Assembly: GCA_051942245.1 (NCBI GenBank)
Contig: JAVECL010000008.1
Coordinates: 62,001 to 126,000 of the forward strand
Length of the DNA stretch: 64,000 bases
Origin: Trypethelium eluteriae
Lineage: Eukaryota
Reading direction: 5' to 3'
The first letter of the stretch is position 1. Each line of letters opens with the position of its first letter. This document shows, in pieces, positions 10,485 through 21,979 of this stretch. Under the pieces are notes generated by a model that saw nothing but the letters and a program-made list of their open reading frames with translations, searched no databases and had not been told where the DNA came from. A program made the position numbers and the translations under genes.

Positions 10485-12100
10485 ATGGCGAACGACCCCT
10501 CCAAAACACCACTGCAACAAAATCCTGCGATACCGTCCAATCTCAATGACCCCCCTACTCTTGCCCCGGCGATAATAGGAACTGGCGTTTCCTTGGCAGT
10601 GATTACCAACGGGGTGGTAGCCGCTCGCTTGAATGCCAATTTCCATGCAGCCCGGAAGCTTGGATGGGATGATTGTATGGCAAGGCGATACCCCATGCTC
10701 TTCACAACTAACGACCAAGCGGCGCAGATTTTTGCATCTTGGCTCTTCTGTTGACCGTCGCTTATACAGCGCTCAGCATCAGCTGTATGTCCTATATGTC
10801 CACTCGGTCCAGCGCTAAGTACCATAACAGTCTCTCGTACTGCGCGACATGAGTGGGATGTGCCTAGGAGTTTTCTGGGACCCCCTTTCTCGCAGGTAAC
10901 ATGAGCCGAATTTTCTCTATAAACCTCTTCTGCGTCAGATGGCCGCAGGTGCGGTTTAAATAACAGAAGAGCACAGTGCGCGGATGGATCCCCAGAAGCA
11001 AAATTCCTCCCTTCGCAGACAAATAGGATCCAGACTCTACTTCTTCAGAGAGTTCCTCCGGCGAGGAATTTGGAATACTAGCCATCGTCACCATTCTTCT
11101 AGAATGCTTGCTGATCATAGTTTGTTAGGTCACATACGCACAAACTATGGTCTATGGTCCATCAATATTCTTTGCGAGAGCTGCCATAATGGCTCTCTAC
11201 TTCCGAGTGTTCTCTCCGAAAAAGACCATACGTGTTCTTATATACGTTGGAGTAATAACACTGCTGCTTGTGTATATTACCGGACTCGCAGTCTTGACTG
11301 CGTATTGCACGCCGAGGAGGGGCGGTGCATGGGATTCGCTCCTTGCGCAGCATTGCACTCCGGCCACAAGTATTAATGCCATCGTACAATCCGTTGTAGG
11401 CATCGTGTCAGACATTTATATACTGATGCTTCCACTGCCTGTCATCTATAAGCTCAATCTTCCTTCCAAAACGAAAGCCGGATCTTTGCCATTTTCATGT
11501 CTGGTATTTTGTAGGTATTTCCGACACCCTGGCAAAATGCTCGTGTGTTCCATCTTCCACTAACATTGTCAAGCGCGTTGACCGCTACTTCTCTGGGCTT
11601 ATATTACAGGGTCCTAAACTGGAAGGGGACGGACCGGACATGGGCTGCTGCGAAATTTGTGCTTTGCGCGTAAGTGGAAACCATGCAACCTAATTTCGAC
11701 ACCTACAACCGCGCTAATATGGATTAGATTCATAGAAAATAACGTTGTCATAATTGTGAGCTGTGTTCCAGCCGTTGCGCCATCCTGGAAAGCCTTTATC
11801 ATTAGGTCGGCCACGTTCCTTACTCCATCCTCGCTACGATTATCGCTTCGCCCTGTAACGCGGCCGGGTGATGTTCAAAGCCACCACCGAGCGACTAGGC
11901 TTACTGCTAGGTCTGGAGACAAGTCACTGAGCTCGGAGTTACGTACACGTCTTCACAATGGCGAATACCTTGAGCTTTCAGGCCGTGCGTGGCCAGAAAT
12001 ATCAAATACTGTAAGCGCCGGACCTGTTGACCGTAGTGTAGAGGGCAATGACATTACAAAATCTGTGCGAATGGACCAGAGATCAGAGACATGCTTATGA
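10485..12100 (+). CDS. PTH11-like integral membrane protein (fungal rhodopsin-domain receptor, no CFEM); apparent 1-nt deletion at ~11480
   Basis: Spliced reading: AARL..RKLGWDD|YFCILAL..|ARHEWDVP..|YGPSIFFARAAIMALYFRVFS..SDIYILMLPLPVIYKLNL..(shift)IFAIFMSGIF|..|FIENNVVIIVSCVPA. These are typical PTH11-family motifs; five GT-AG introns. Confidence 0.85.
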
Positions 12101-12576
12101 CAATGGCAACAGAAGTGCCTGCATGTTTGATTATGGCGATCAGTCAACCATATGCTGTGTATATCAAGGATTCAATGAGCTGTGTCTTGTAGAGAAGAAT
12201 CTTTGGCCTCTCTTCTCCATCACTTAATGTTGAAGCTGGGGGCGAGGACAAAGGGGGTTAGGTTGCAAACCGCAGAGGCCAAATGAAGATACGGGAGAGC
12301 GGGATCTTCAGGTAAGGAACATCCTTTTCCTATAATGGAGATGGTCATCTCCTTTTCACTACCTCATGAAAATAAGCACTCACGTCCCATGTTATTGGCA
12401 TCTCACAGGATCCGAATATCCACAAGCTTGATGCGATGTTTACATTGAAGTAAATATAATATTAACGAAGAGAAAGCTTATTGAACGGTATTCAGGGAAG
12501 GTCCCTCGTGAAGCCTGTGTGACTGAGGAGCCGCCCCCTTGATTACAGTCTCATAAACCAAGCAATGCCTACATGA

Positions 12577-13575
12577 CTACAGCTTGAACGCCAACAGTTC
12601 CCCTCCGATAACCGTTGTCCCGCTCACCGGTACCGGTCGACCTCCATTTGTCGTCACGAAAATCGTATCCTTCGTCTTCGGCGTAACGCCAAACCTCACA
12701 CTCGTCGGCCCCGCAACCTCAGTCGAGTTCGGATTTCCCGCAAAGACGCTCACCGCATCATGCTCCACTAGATTAACGAGAATGATCTCTTCAGTCTCGA
12801 CTGAAGCGAGGTACGCGGCCCGCTGATCCAGTGCAAAATCGTCATTAGTTATATTGCTCGCGAGAGTAGTGAAGGCGCCGGTCGCAGCGCCGGTATTGGG
12901 ATCGATGGGTACCCGGCCAAATTTTTCAGCAGCAGTGTTGGTGTAGTATAGGTAACCGTCTTGGACGCGGATTCCATTGACGCCAGGACCTAACGCCCCA
13001 GATGGAGCTGCTAGAGCAGTATTGTTGAGAGCGAGCTCCAAAGTCCCTGTCCGGGTGTCGAAGCGCCAGATCGCGCCGAAGCTAGAGTCCGCCAGCAATA
13101 TCATGCCCGCTTGAGCGGGAAGGAGTGTCAGGCCATTCACGAAGGCAGCTTGGTGCACATCTGCGATTTTGGAGACGGTCGTAGTAGACGTCCGTAGGTC
13201 TGCGCGCCAAATGGAGAAAGAGCCTGGAGTAGAGGTAGCTGTAGTGAGACTGATGTTGCCAGCGGCGAAGGCGAATACGTTGGGGAAGACCTCCACGATG
13301 CCTAACAGGGCATTGCTATCGGGAATGGTGGCGATAAGTTTCGCATTATTTGAGGGCGGTTGGGAAGGATCGATGAGATAGAGCTCAGGCACGTCCGCCC
13401 GTGTTACTAAGATTTTCCCGTCCCACGTGGGAGCTAGGTTCTCGCACCAGGCACCCACAGGAAACTGGTGTATCACAACTGGATTGTTCTGTGTTTGAGC
13501 CACGGTTGGAGAAGCAGAGCAAGAGAGAATTGATGCAATGAGAGGAACAAGATTAAGGACCCATCTCAGAAACAT
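12577..13575 (-). CDS. Secreted six-bladed beta-propeller protein (SMP-30/gluconolactonase-like)
   Basis: Signal peptide; motifs WCENLA, FVNGLT, LLADSSFGAIWR, GVNGIR..YLYYTNT, DDFALD, GPTSVRFG. Single 332-aa ORF. Confidence 0.85.
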   Translation of the reverse strand: MFLRWVLNLVPLIASILSCSASPTVAQTQNNPVVIHQFPVGAWCENLAPTWDGKILVTRADVPELYLIDPSQPPSNNAKLIATIPDSNALLGIVEVFPNVFAFAAGNISLTTATSTPGSFSIWRADLRTSTTTVSKIADVHQAAFVNGLTLLPAQAGMILLADSSFGAIWRFDTRTGTLELALNNTALAAPSGALGPGVNGIRVQDGYLYYTNTAAEKFGRVPIDPNTGAATGAFTTLASNITNDDFALDQRAAYLASVETEEIILVNLVEHDAVSVFAGNPNSTEVAGPTSVRFGVTPKTKDTIFVTTNGGRPVPVSGTTVIGGELLAFKL

Positions 13576-14603
13576 CTCGCCGACAATCCCGCACGAGGCA
13601 ATTAGCTAGTAGAGGATGTATGCAAGCAGAGTCTAACGCAGAAAGGCTTGGACGAACGAGAATGAGCTAGAAAAGTGAGCAGATAAAGTGAGGAATGCGC
13701 TGTCTTATAAATCCCTCCGGTCATTGAGGCACGACTTCACCTAACATCTCTGAGCATCGGTAGTCTATACCTTACTGTGCGGCGAACGGGTCAGCCGGAC
13801 TATGGATTTAAACTAGGGAAGCCTATTGGACCAGTCCCCGAATTTTCATCCATCAAAATACACAGCAGGAAGACGGGAAACCAAGAGTAGGATAGATGAT
13901 GTTTGCGCCGGCCCCCAAATGACGGCCGATCCATCACACCAGACCAAGAAGGAATTAGTGGGCCGAGAAATTCGGTGTGACTCCTGGATCTGCAGGATGA
14001 TAGACTTGATCATACGAAGGAAGCTATTCTCTTTTCCAAGCCTACCATATCGCATAGGGAAGCTACTTTGATGATGGTCCTCGGACCTACTACGGAGTTT
14101 TGGTGCAGAGTATCATTAAGACATAAAGGTCCTCTCGACGGTGCTGTCAAGAGTTCCTAGCAACTACGTCGATGGCGCCGGAGAGTCATCAGTGGTCGTC
14201 AGCTCAAAGCATATTAGTTCTTGTTAGTACCTCAGGTTGGCTACGCCTCAGCTGACAATGTACGTAAAGTTAATGCACACCAAAATTGGGAGAGCGGCTG
14301 CAATAGTTACCTCCTCTAAGAATACAATTCATTGATAATATTCGTGTGTACAATTATTCTAAAAACTTATAGGATTATGTAGTCGAGGTCGGAAGCTGGC
14401 TTTTCTTCCCCCCCCCCTTTTTTTAAGATATTTTTTTTCTCCCCTTGAGAAAAAGGATTCATGTCGCTGTTGCTGAAAGTGCTACGTCATCCGTGCTATG
14501 CATGGTGGGATGGGTGACATGGTGCCTGCAGCAAGTAGGACAAACTTTCAAAGACCCTGAACTCAAAACAGTGCCGCCCAACCCTTTCCTCTCCTGTCAT
14601 ATC

Positions 14604-15962
14604 ATGGCAGAACCCGAGAACGCGACTAAAGCTCCTGAGAGCGATGTTGAAGAACGGAGCGCCTTTCCTGGTGATTCTACTGTAGACCAAGGGGCCAGTC
14701 TGGGTGTAAGCTGTACAGAACCTCGCGGCTACAATTACGTTGGCTCATGGATTGCAACAGGAGCACTGTGTGACTGATAGGCCGACTCGTTCGTTTCCCC
14801 TCCTCTTGTGGCTTGCAAGTCCGATGAATCTGACACCATGTGAAGCTGCAGGAGAAGCTCCCACCGGGGTTTGTAATAACAACTCACAACCCCTCTGAAC
14901 GATGGCTCAATTGCAGTAGGAAATATCCAAGCTCGGGAACACAGAAGTACGTAGTCTCTAGGACCGTTTCGCGCGTAGACTTTGTCGAGACAGCAATGAA
15001 AAGCTTATCAGTCTGCTAGGTCTACATCACTAAACCCTCTGATTACCCACATGCACCCTCAAAGCTATTACTTCTCCTAACAGGAGGCACGGGCATCAAA
15101 TCTGTAAACAACCAGATCCAGGCAGACAAATATGCACAAGAAGGCTTCCTAGTAGTGATGCCAGACCAGTACGTCAGCTCTATTTGAGCACACCTCCCGC
15201 CTTGATCCTCTACACGAACTAAATACGTCTCTCGAATTTACCTGCCTACAATCATCCAGTCATCCAGCGGCTCCTCTTCCACACTGCTCGACTAATCCAA
15301 AGCTTTTCTCCCGCAGATTCGCCAGCGACCCTGCCCCTAACTCCACCGATCCGACCTATGTCTCCCAACCAGAAACCCCGACCATCATCGAACGTGTGAA
15401 GCTCGGCGTGACCGAAACCGCCAAATCCTTCCTCATTGACATGTGGCTCGCACGACATACTCCAGAGAAAGTGCTGCCTATTCTGCAAGACGTGCTCGAG
15501 AAAGCCAAAGAGGAGTTTGCCGATGCGGTCGCAAATGGTGGGGGCGTCTACGCCGTGGGGTATTGCTTTGGCGCCAAATATGTACTGCTGTTGGGCAGCG
15601 AGCTAAAGGATACCGTGGCGTGGGGCGAAAAGGTGAGGGATGAGGAGGAGGGAGTCAAGACGAAAGGCCCGAGTATCAAGGTGGGGGCCATCGCGCATGG
15701 GACGATGATCACAAAGGGGGATATTGAGGGTATCAAGGTGCCAATCTCGATGGCTTGTGTCGAAAATGACCAGTTGTTCCCGGATGAGGTGCGAGAAGAG
15801 GGTAAGAAGGCGCTGGCTGCCGGTGTGGTGGAACATGAGGTTAAGGTATATGAGGGTGTTCCACATGGTTTTGCCGTCCTGGGGGATTATGCCGATGGTA
15901 AGATCGTGGAGAAGCAGAAGGAAGCCTTCCAGCAAATGCTTGGGTGGCTGAAGTCGCACTGA
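14604..15962 (+). CDS. Dienelactone hydrolase family alpha/beta hydrolase (multi-exon)
   Basis: Exons read MAEPEN..EHCVTDRP..VYITKPSDYPHAPSKLLLLLTGGTGIKSVNNQIQADKYAQEGFLVVMPD.., with nucleophile GYCFGA, ENDQLFP and catalytic VPHGFAV. Boundaries of the small 5' exons are approximate. Confidence 0.88.
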
Positions 15963-16211
15963 GCAATTGATGAATGATCATCTAGGGCGCGGATGATATG
16001 ACTTGGCGTTTCGGTCGGAGTTCTGTGATAATCATGAGATAAGACGAGCATGTTTCAGGTCAGGCCATATTACCTTAAGTAGTGTTTTCATTCTCCAACA
16101 ACCCCCGCATAACCTGTAAGCCGTCTTTCTGACCTCATTCGGCCAAAGTGTCATCCATGAAGATGCGCCTCCGAGCTGAATCTTCCGCTGGCACAACTCC
16201 TTCCCAACGCA

Positions 16212-16868
16212 TCAAACCAATTCTACATCCCCTCTAGCTACCAATTCTTTCACACTACTCCACCTCACCAGCCACACATCCCCCTTCTTCATCTCCATCC
16301 CCTCATCTCCACTCTGCTGCACCACCCTCCCCACATCACTCAAAACCCTCACAAACACCGCGCCATCCGTATCCGGCCCATCCACCATACTGATCCCCCC
16401 CGCCGTATCATCCAGCCTCCTCAACGCCGCCGGAAACGCACCCAAAAAGCTGCCCCCATAATGCCTCTCCAACAACGCCTGATGCGCCCGCAAATACTCG
16501 CTCTCCTCGCCCGACAAATCCGCCTCCTGGTTCTGCAAGATATGCAGCGGATACCGATCGATCTTCGCGATCCGCGCGCGCAGCAGGCCGCGCACCAGCC
16601 ACTTCCAGCGCTCCAGCTCCGTCTGCAGCACGATCAGCTTGAACCCGGATTTGGTTCCCGAGTCGGCCGAGGCGGAGAGGTCCTCTACGGTAGAGATCTG
16701 TTGCCGGATGCGCGAGAGAGTGCGGATCATGAGGGCGCTGGGGTAGGGCAGGAGGTCGGGCGCGCAGCGTTCTGCGGTGTAGGCGCGGGTGAGGGCGTGG
16801 AGGTCGGTGATCGAGGGGGGGGAGGCGGGGTGCGAGACGGAGGCAAGGATGTCGGAGATGTCGGCCAT
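16212..16868 (-). CDS. SLD5: GINS complex subunit Sld5 (GINS4)
   Basis: ERCAPDLLPYP, IVLQTELERWKWLVRGLLRARIAKID, AVFVRVL, KGDVWLVRWSSVKELVARGDVELV; 218 aa. Confidence 0.93.
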   Translation of the reverse strand: MADISDILASVSHPASPPSITDLHALTRAYTAERCAPDLLPYPSALMIRTLSRIRQQISTVEDLSASADSGTKSGFKLIVLQTELERWKWLVRGLLRARIAKIDRYPLHILQNQEADLSGEESEYLRAHQALLERHYGGSFLGAFPAALRRLDDTAGGISMVDGPDTDGAVFVRVLSDVGRVVQQSGDEGMEMKKGDVWLVRWSSVKELVARGDVELV

Positions 16869-16980
16869 GGTCAGGTTGGGGATGAGTAAGGCCTATGACG
16901 CAGGCAGTGGACTAGGGTCGATGAAGAAAAGGTTATTTAGACGTCCATTTCGAGTGGGTAGAAATTTTCTCTTTTGGTAG

Positions 16981-17035
16981 GAACGCGAGATGGAATGTCG
17001 CGCGTGCGCGGCCCGCCTCGGCCCGCGACGTGTCG
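16981..17035. promoter_or_regulatory. CGCG-rich MCB/MBF-like cluster upstream of SLD5 (divergent promoter shared with the quinone oxidoreductase)
   Basis: ACGCGA, TCGCGCGT, GCGCGG and CCGCGAC within ~55 nt, 110-170 nt upstream of an S-phase gene. The motifs are short, so the function is inferred. Confidence 0.45.
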
Positions 17036-17336
17036 AAAGCCCCACCAGAGTCTGGAGATGACCCCACCATCGTCATCGTCGGTCTATCATCGTACGGTGG
17101 TACCCTACGTGGGGGCTTTGCTTTACCTTAGCTTCAATGCTTTGTAAGTGCACATTAATCGCTACCAGCTTCCGGATCAAGTCGTCCGTTACTGTGCCGC
17201 AACCGTGCCGCATTTGTCAAATTTCTACTTTTCAACTTTATATATAAGAGACCATAAGAGCATTCATCTTGGCACCTATATCTATGCCTAGACTTTGATT
17301 TGCAGATTTACAATCCCAATTGACACTCATTTGAAG

Positions 17337-18447
17337 ATGTCGGACACTATGAAAGCAGTCGGTATGAAACTCCCATTCTCACAACACCAGAAGGACTCTT
17401 CCACCATGCCATTGACCATTCCCCCGTCGACTTCCGCTCACAACCAAACCAGACATCAAAGGCGGCAAAGGGCCCATCTCCTCCCTCCACATCACCACCA
17501 TCCCGCGGCCCGTCCCCACCGGCTCCCAAGCCCTCGTCCGAATCCGGTACTTCGGGCTCAACCGGATGGACATCCTGCAGCGCGAAGGGCAGTACCCCGT
17601 ACCCCCACAAGCGCCCTCGACGCTGGGCGTTGAGTTCTCGGGGGAGATCGTCGGCTTCGGCGGCTCGCCGGAGGGCAGCTTCAAGCTGGGGGACGCGGTG
17701 TTCGGGCTCGCGTACGGTGGCGCCTACGCCGAGTACATCGCCGTCAGCACGCACATGCTGGTGCACAAGCCGGCGCAGCTGAGCTGGGAGCAGTGCGCGG
17801 GTATCCCTGAGACCTGGATCACCGCGCTCCAGGCGCTGTATCTGGTCGGGGAGTACAAGCCTGGCAGGAGCGTGCTGTGGCATGCGGGCGCGAGCTCGGT
17901 CAGTATTGCGGGGCAGCAGCTGGCGAGGGCGGATGGGGCGAAGGCGGTGTATGCGACGGCGAGGAGTGAGGATAAGGTGAGGTTTTGTGAGGAAGAGTTG
18001 GGGACGACGAAGGCGTTCAATGCTGGGAAAGGTCAGGAGCCGTGGGATGAGCAGGTTTTGAAAGAGACGAACGGGGAGGGAGTGGATCTGATTATAGATT
18101 TCGTGGGGCCTGATTACTTTTGGCAGAACCTGAATGCTGCGGCGAGGGATGGCCATATTGTGAGTCTAGGCTTCCTCGGGAGCAGCAAATTGGAGGGGGG
18201 AGAGGGTCTGGGAGCATTTGTCCGGAAGAGAATCAGATTTGAAGGCAGCGCCCTGCGCAGCAGAGATGAAGAATACCAGGGCAAACTCAGGGACCAACTG
18301 GTAGATCATGCGCTGCCCAAATTCATTGACGGAAGCTTCAAAGTTTTGGTGGAGAAGGTCTTCCCATGGGAAGAAATCCAAGAAGCTCACGCATTGATGG
18401 AATCAAACAAAACGAAAGGAAAGCTCATCTGTAAGATTGATTGGTAG
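17337..18447 (+). CDS. NAD(P)H quinone oxidoreductase, PIG3/zeta-crystallin (MDR) family
   Basis: MSDTMKAV|intron ~17372-17452|DIKGGKG..FGLNRMDILQREGQYP..LGVEFSG..GGAYAEY..WHAGASSVS..GVDLIID..AHALMESNKTKGKLI. TATA-like TATATAAG near 17241. Confidence 0.92.
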
Positions 18448-19027
18448 GGCTAACCATAATCGCTGAATGTACATTGAGCTGTTGTCGAATGCAAATAAGG
18501 AAATCAGAGAAATTTCCATCAGTAACCCCTTTTGAGCGTAGTATCAGGGAGCTGAATCTATGTGGGTTCTTGGAGTGTGCTCGACGCGGCTTGTTTGAGT
18601 ACCTGCTAAGTCGGTGGTCTGCTTTGATTCATGACCACTCGTGTGAATGGTGGCTCGGCAATACTTACCACGCCTTTTTCGTGAGATCCACACAAGCATC
18701 GCTTAACGTTGGAGAGAAGTCCTGGCACGGGGTACTTGAGGTAATAACACGCCGTCTTAATGCCAGCTTGTACGTTTTTTGGCATGAACGTGTTTTGCTT
18801 TGTGCCAGATCCAGTATTCGACGCTGAGTTCTTTCAAGCTCTCGCATGGACTCATACACTGTCGGGCCCAGATACCACGTTGACAAAGGCATGCCAGAAG
18901 ACCCTTGATGTCTAGGGAGTGATTTCGATCCCATCATGATCCGTTTCTCTTCAATTTGCGCACCAGTACTGTGTAGTCAAGTCGATTCGTAATCTAAATA
19001 GGAACGTCACGTCTTGCCCACGTGCCC

Positions 19028-19453
19028 TCAATCCGGGTCTTCACCCAAAGACTCTAATGGCTGAAAGTCGATCGTTCCGTCCAAATAAGCAAGTGTCTGT
19101 CTCTCATACACTTGCCTCAAGCAAGCGTCTGACTGCATGGCTCGAATTTCGCGCAGCGAACCTTCTAGGGGGCACTTCTTTCTGCGTAATGATGGTCGTC
19201 GACGTCGTGTTCGTTTTGTAGGCGAGCTGTTCCCAGTTTCTGATGTCGAATCGCAGATCACACTGGACAGTGTCGATGACGAAGACTGTGACGACGAAGT
19301 GGAGGGACGTCGGTCAATGTTGCTTTCTCCAGCGATACCTGTGTTCTGATCGAAGAACCGTAGTGTTGAGCTTGATCGTCGAGTCTGAGAGCGAAAGGAA
19401 GCAGTACGTTGGAGATCAGGCGCCATCGAGGCGAAGAAATTGACATCGAACAT
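19028..19453 (-). CDS. Small Ser/Arg-rich hypothetical protein
   Basis: 141-aa ATG ORF with a low-complexity Ser-rich middle and an ordered-looking C-terminus (SLREIRAMQSDACLRQVYERQTLAYLDG). No family recognised. Confidence 0.6.
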   Translation of the reverse strand: MFDVNFFASMAPDLQRTASFRSQTRRSSSTLRFFDQNTGIAGESNIDRRPSTSSSQSSSSTLSSVICDSTSETGNSSPTKRTRRRRPSLRRKKCPLEGSLREIRAMQSDACLRQVYERQTLAYLDGTIDFQPLESLGEDPD

Positions 19454-21979
19454 GATAACAAAAAGGGTGAGGCCGACAAGTGAGAGTGAGTTGACTATAA
19501 CCCACGAAGAAAGACCATAACAAAAAAAAATCTAAAAATTGATAGGATGTTTGACTAGCCAACCTCTCGCCATCGAGTCATGGAGGATGAGCGAGGCCTA
19601 AATACTCAGTGCGTTTATCCAACCACAAGCTCACAGACTTACAGAGTGTGGATGACTTGCTGCCAGTGTCGCTTTGGCCTTGCTGTTACTGATAGATCAC
19701 TCGCAGCTGAAATCAGGAGACCTGGAAGGTGATGGCTGGTGTCAGCCACCATCGGCCAGCCTCAAAATTTTCGGTTCATGGAGGTCCGTTACATATCTCG
19801 ACAGGAGGTTCGGTAAGCTGCTTATCGAGGCGCGCTGCTGAAGGGAACATCCTCCGAGCAACTCCATTCTACTCAGCTTGAGGCATGTATGCTGCAATAG
19901 GCAGCGGGGTAAAATCGCTGTTGTAAGCACACATCAAACCGGCAATATGATGTGTTGAACTTTCTGCACCTGCTCAAGTACAGGAGCAGAGAAAGCCGTA
20001 TTCCTTGACAATCGTGAGATCCTGGAACTAGAGTCTAGAAGACTCGAACTACAGCTTCTAGCTTGTGGACTTGATATTTAGTCGGCATGGCTGGTCTGTC
20101 GAAAGGAGAAGAACTTTGTTCGTTGCGAGGTAGTCTGTAGTAACAAAGTGTCGGTCGGGAAATGGATGAGGTTGGGGGTCCGGATCGCCAACCCCTCCAC
20201 CCAGTGACCCAGCCAGCCACGATAAGCAATGAGAGCGCCTGGACCTTGACAAATCTATCTACTAGGCATTCCTCGTATCGGCAGGTGATCAATCCAGGCA
20301 ATTGTGCAGAGCATGGAATCGGTGTAAGCTTGTGGGCAATCGCTTCAAGATTTCATTGCTCAGTCTACGGAATACGGAGTAAGCTCGTGGGCATTCTATC
20401 CCATCTGCTGAGACTCGCTATCCCTTTCTCTCTCCACTGCACTAAATCCCCACCACATCCGACAAGATCGAATCAAGGCTGCTTTCCCATAGGTGGATAC
20501 TCATTACCCTCCCTCTCGACCTTCGGCTCACAGGTGCACCACTCCTCCTGAGGGATCGGATTCATGACAGTTGGAACGTGGTTGCCGCAGCCCCACCAAG
20601 TGGTTTTGTCTTGTGGATGATGAAGGATTAGCCTAGGGTACTACCTTATGGAAGGCATGTATCGATGTTTGAGGTAACTCACTGCACGTATCACAGCTCG
20701 ACTTCTTGCACATTGCTGACGTAATTCTTCGACCAAAAATTGCGATGTTCGTCTATTTATCCTGCCGTGATCTTGCTGTGAAAATATACTATTAAGTCCA
20801 AGTATGGGTGAAGGTGGGCTTGATGCAACTATCAGCAGCGCCTATCAGGGACCACGAAATTGAGCACCAGATTCAGTAACAGTCGTCACTTTGATAAGAG
20901 GAGGAACCTGTAGCTAAGCTAACTTGGATATTTACCTCGTTATATACGGTATAAGCTAGTCACGTGGATTGTATAGCACGTGGAGGTAATTAATGACGTT
21001 GACTCAGTGTCCAGGTCGCCGAAGACTTTGGTCGCCGACCAGTAAGCTTACTACTGTGTACAATAACTACGTAGGGTCTACTATGCACCCCAATGGAAGT
21101 GGCCATGCAAGTTTGATAGGATTTTTTTGGGAGTCTTTGAATTTTCTCTGAACTAACTAGCAGAGCCTTTATAACCCTGCAGACGACCTTCAACATTAGC
21201 CGGAAAGAAAGATGTAAACAACCTTCTTCGCCGATCTGTAGTCGCCTACCATTGCCGAGGGAAAGGGCGTGTATGAGTGTTATGTACAGGATGCATTCCC
21301 CTCTTGCAACTCCCCCACCATACAATGCCCATGTCGCATGGAACCCTTCAACAGAAAAATTTCAAAGTTCCCTAGACATGAGCACTGCAGTGCGCGCGTG
21401 TGCGTGTTTGCTTGTTTGCTCGTACTTCGTGAAAGGTATTTGACTGTGCAAGGAAAAAGGAGGCTTGGATTTGTAGGAAAAAAGGTGGTGGCATGACCGA
21501 GATGCTTGGATTTATCAGGGATGGGATAGCAATGAAAACATGACTGGCTCGATCCTATTCTTGAATCGGCATGTTAGTCGTGGGCAGCGCCCTTTGTATG
21601 TGTCGGTGAAGACGTGGAAATGTACATCAAAAGCGTAAAAGGCATCAAATAATACAAGGTGCGGGAGCTCATGCTCGGGTATCCGCGCTGAAAAGAACAG
21701 AAGAAGTTGGGCTTCCCAATAGTAAGCTCCGGAAGCACCAGTTGCGCCCGGCACAGAACTCCTTGATCCTTTTGCTCCGAGACTCCACTGAATGCAAAAG
21801 AGACCACGGTGCAAAGCGACGTTTCAAAGGAAATCGACAGAGCCAGGCAAGTGTCTGGGCCTAACACGAGGAATGACGGGGTGTCTGAGGCGTAGCCTAA
21901 TAAATTACGGATGGAGGAAAGAGATCAGTGATTTATTGGGTCAGCAGGAGAGTTGGCCCTGATGGGGTGGGCTTCTGCT

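Noticed and set aside
12577..18447. Beta-propeller, hydrolase and oxidoreductase as a possible secondary-metabolite cluster
   Set aside because: No PKS, NRPS, terpene synthase or cluster regulator in the window, and SLD5 interrupts the group.
20617..20720. Possible C/D snoRNA (ATGATGA...CTGA)
   Set aside because: No terminal stem, and only about 7 nt of recalled rRNA complementarity; expected by chance.
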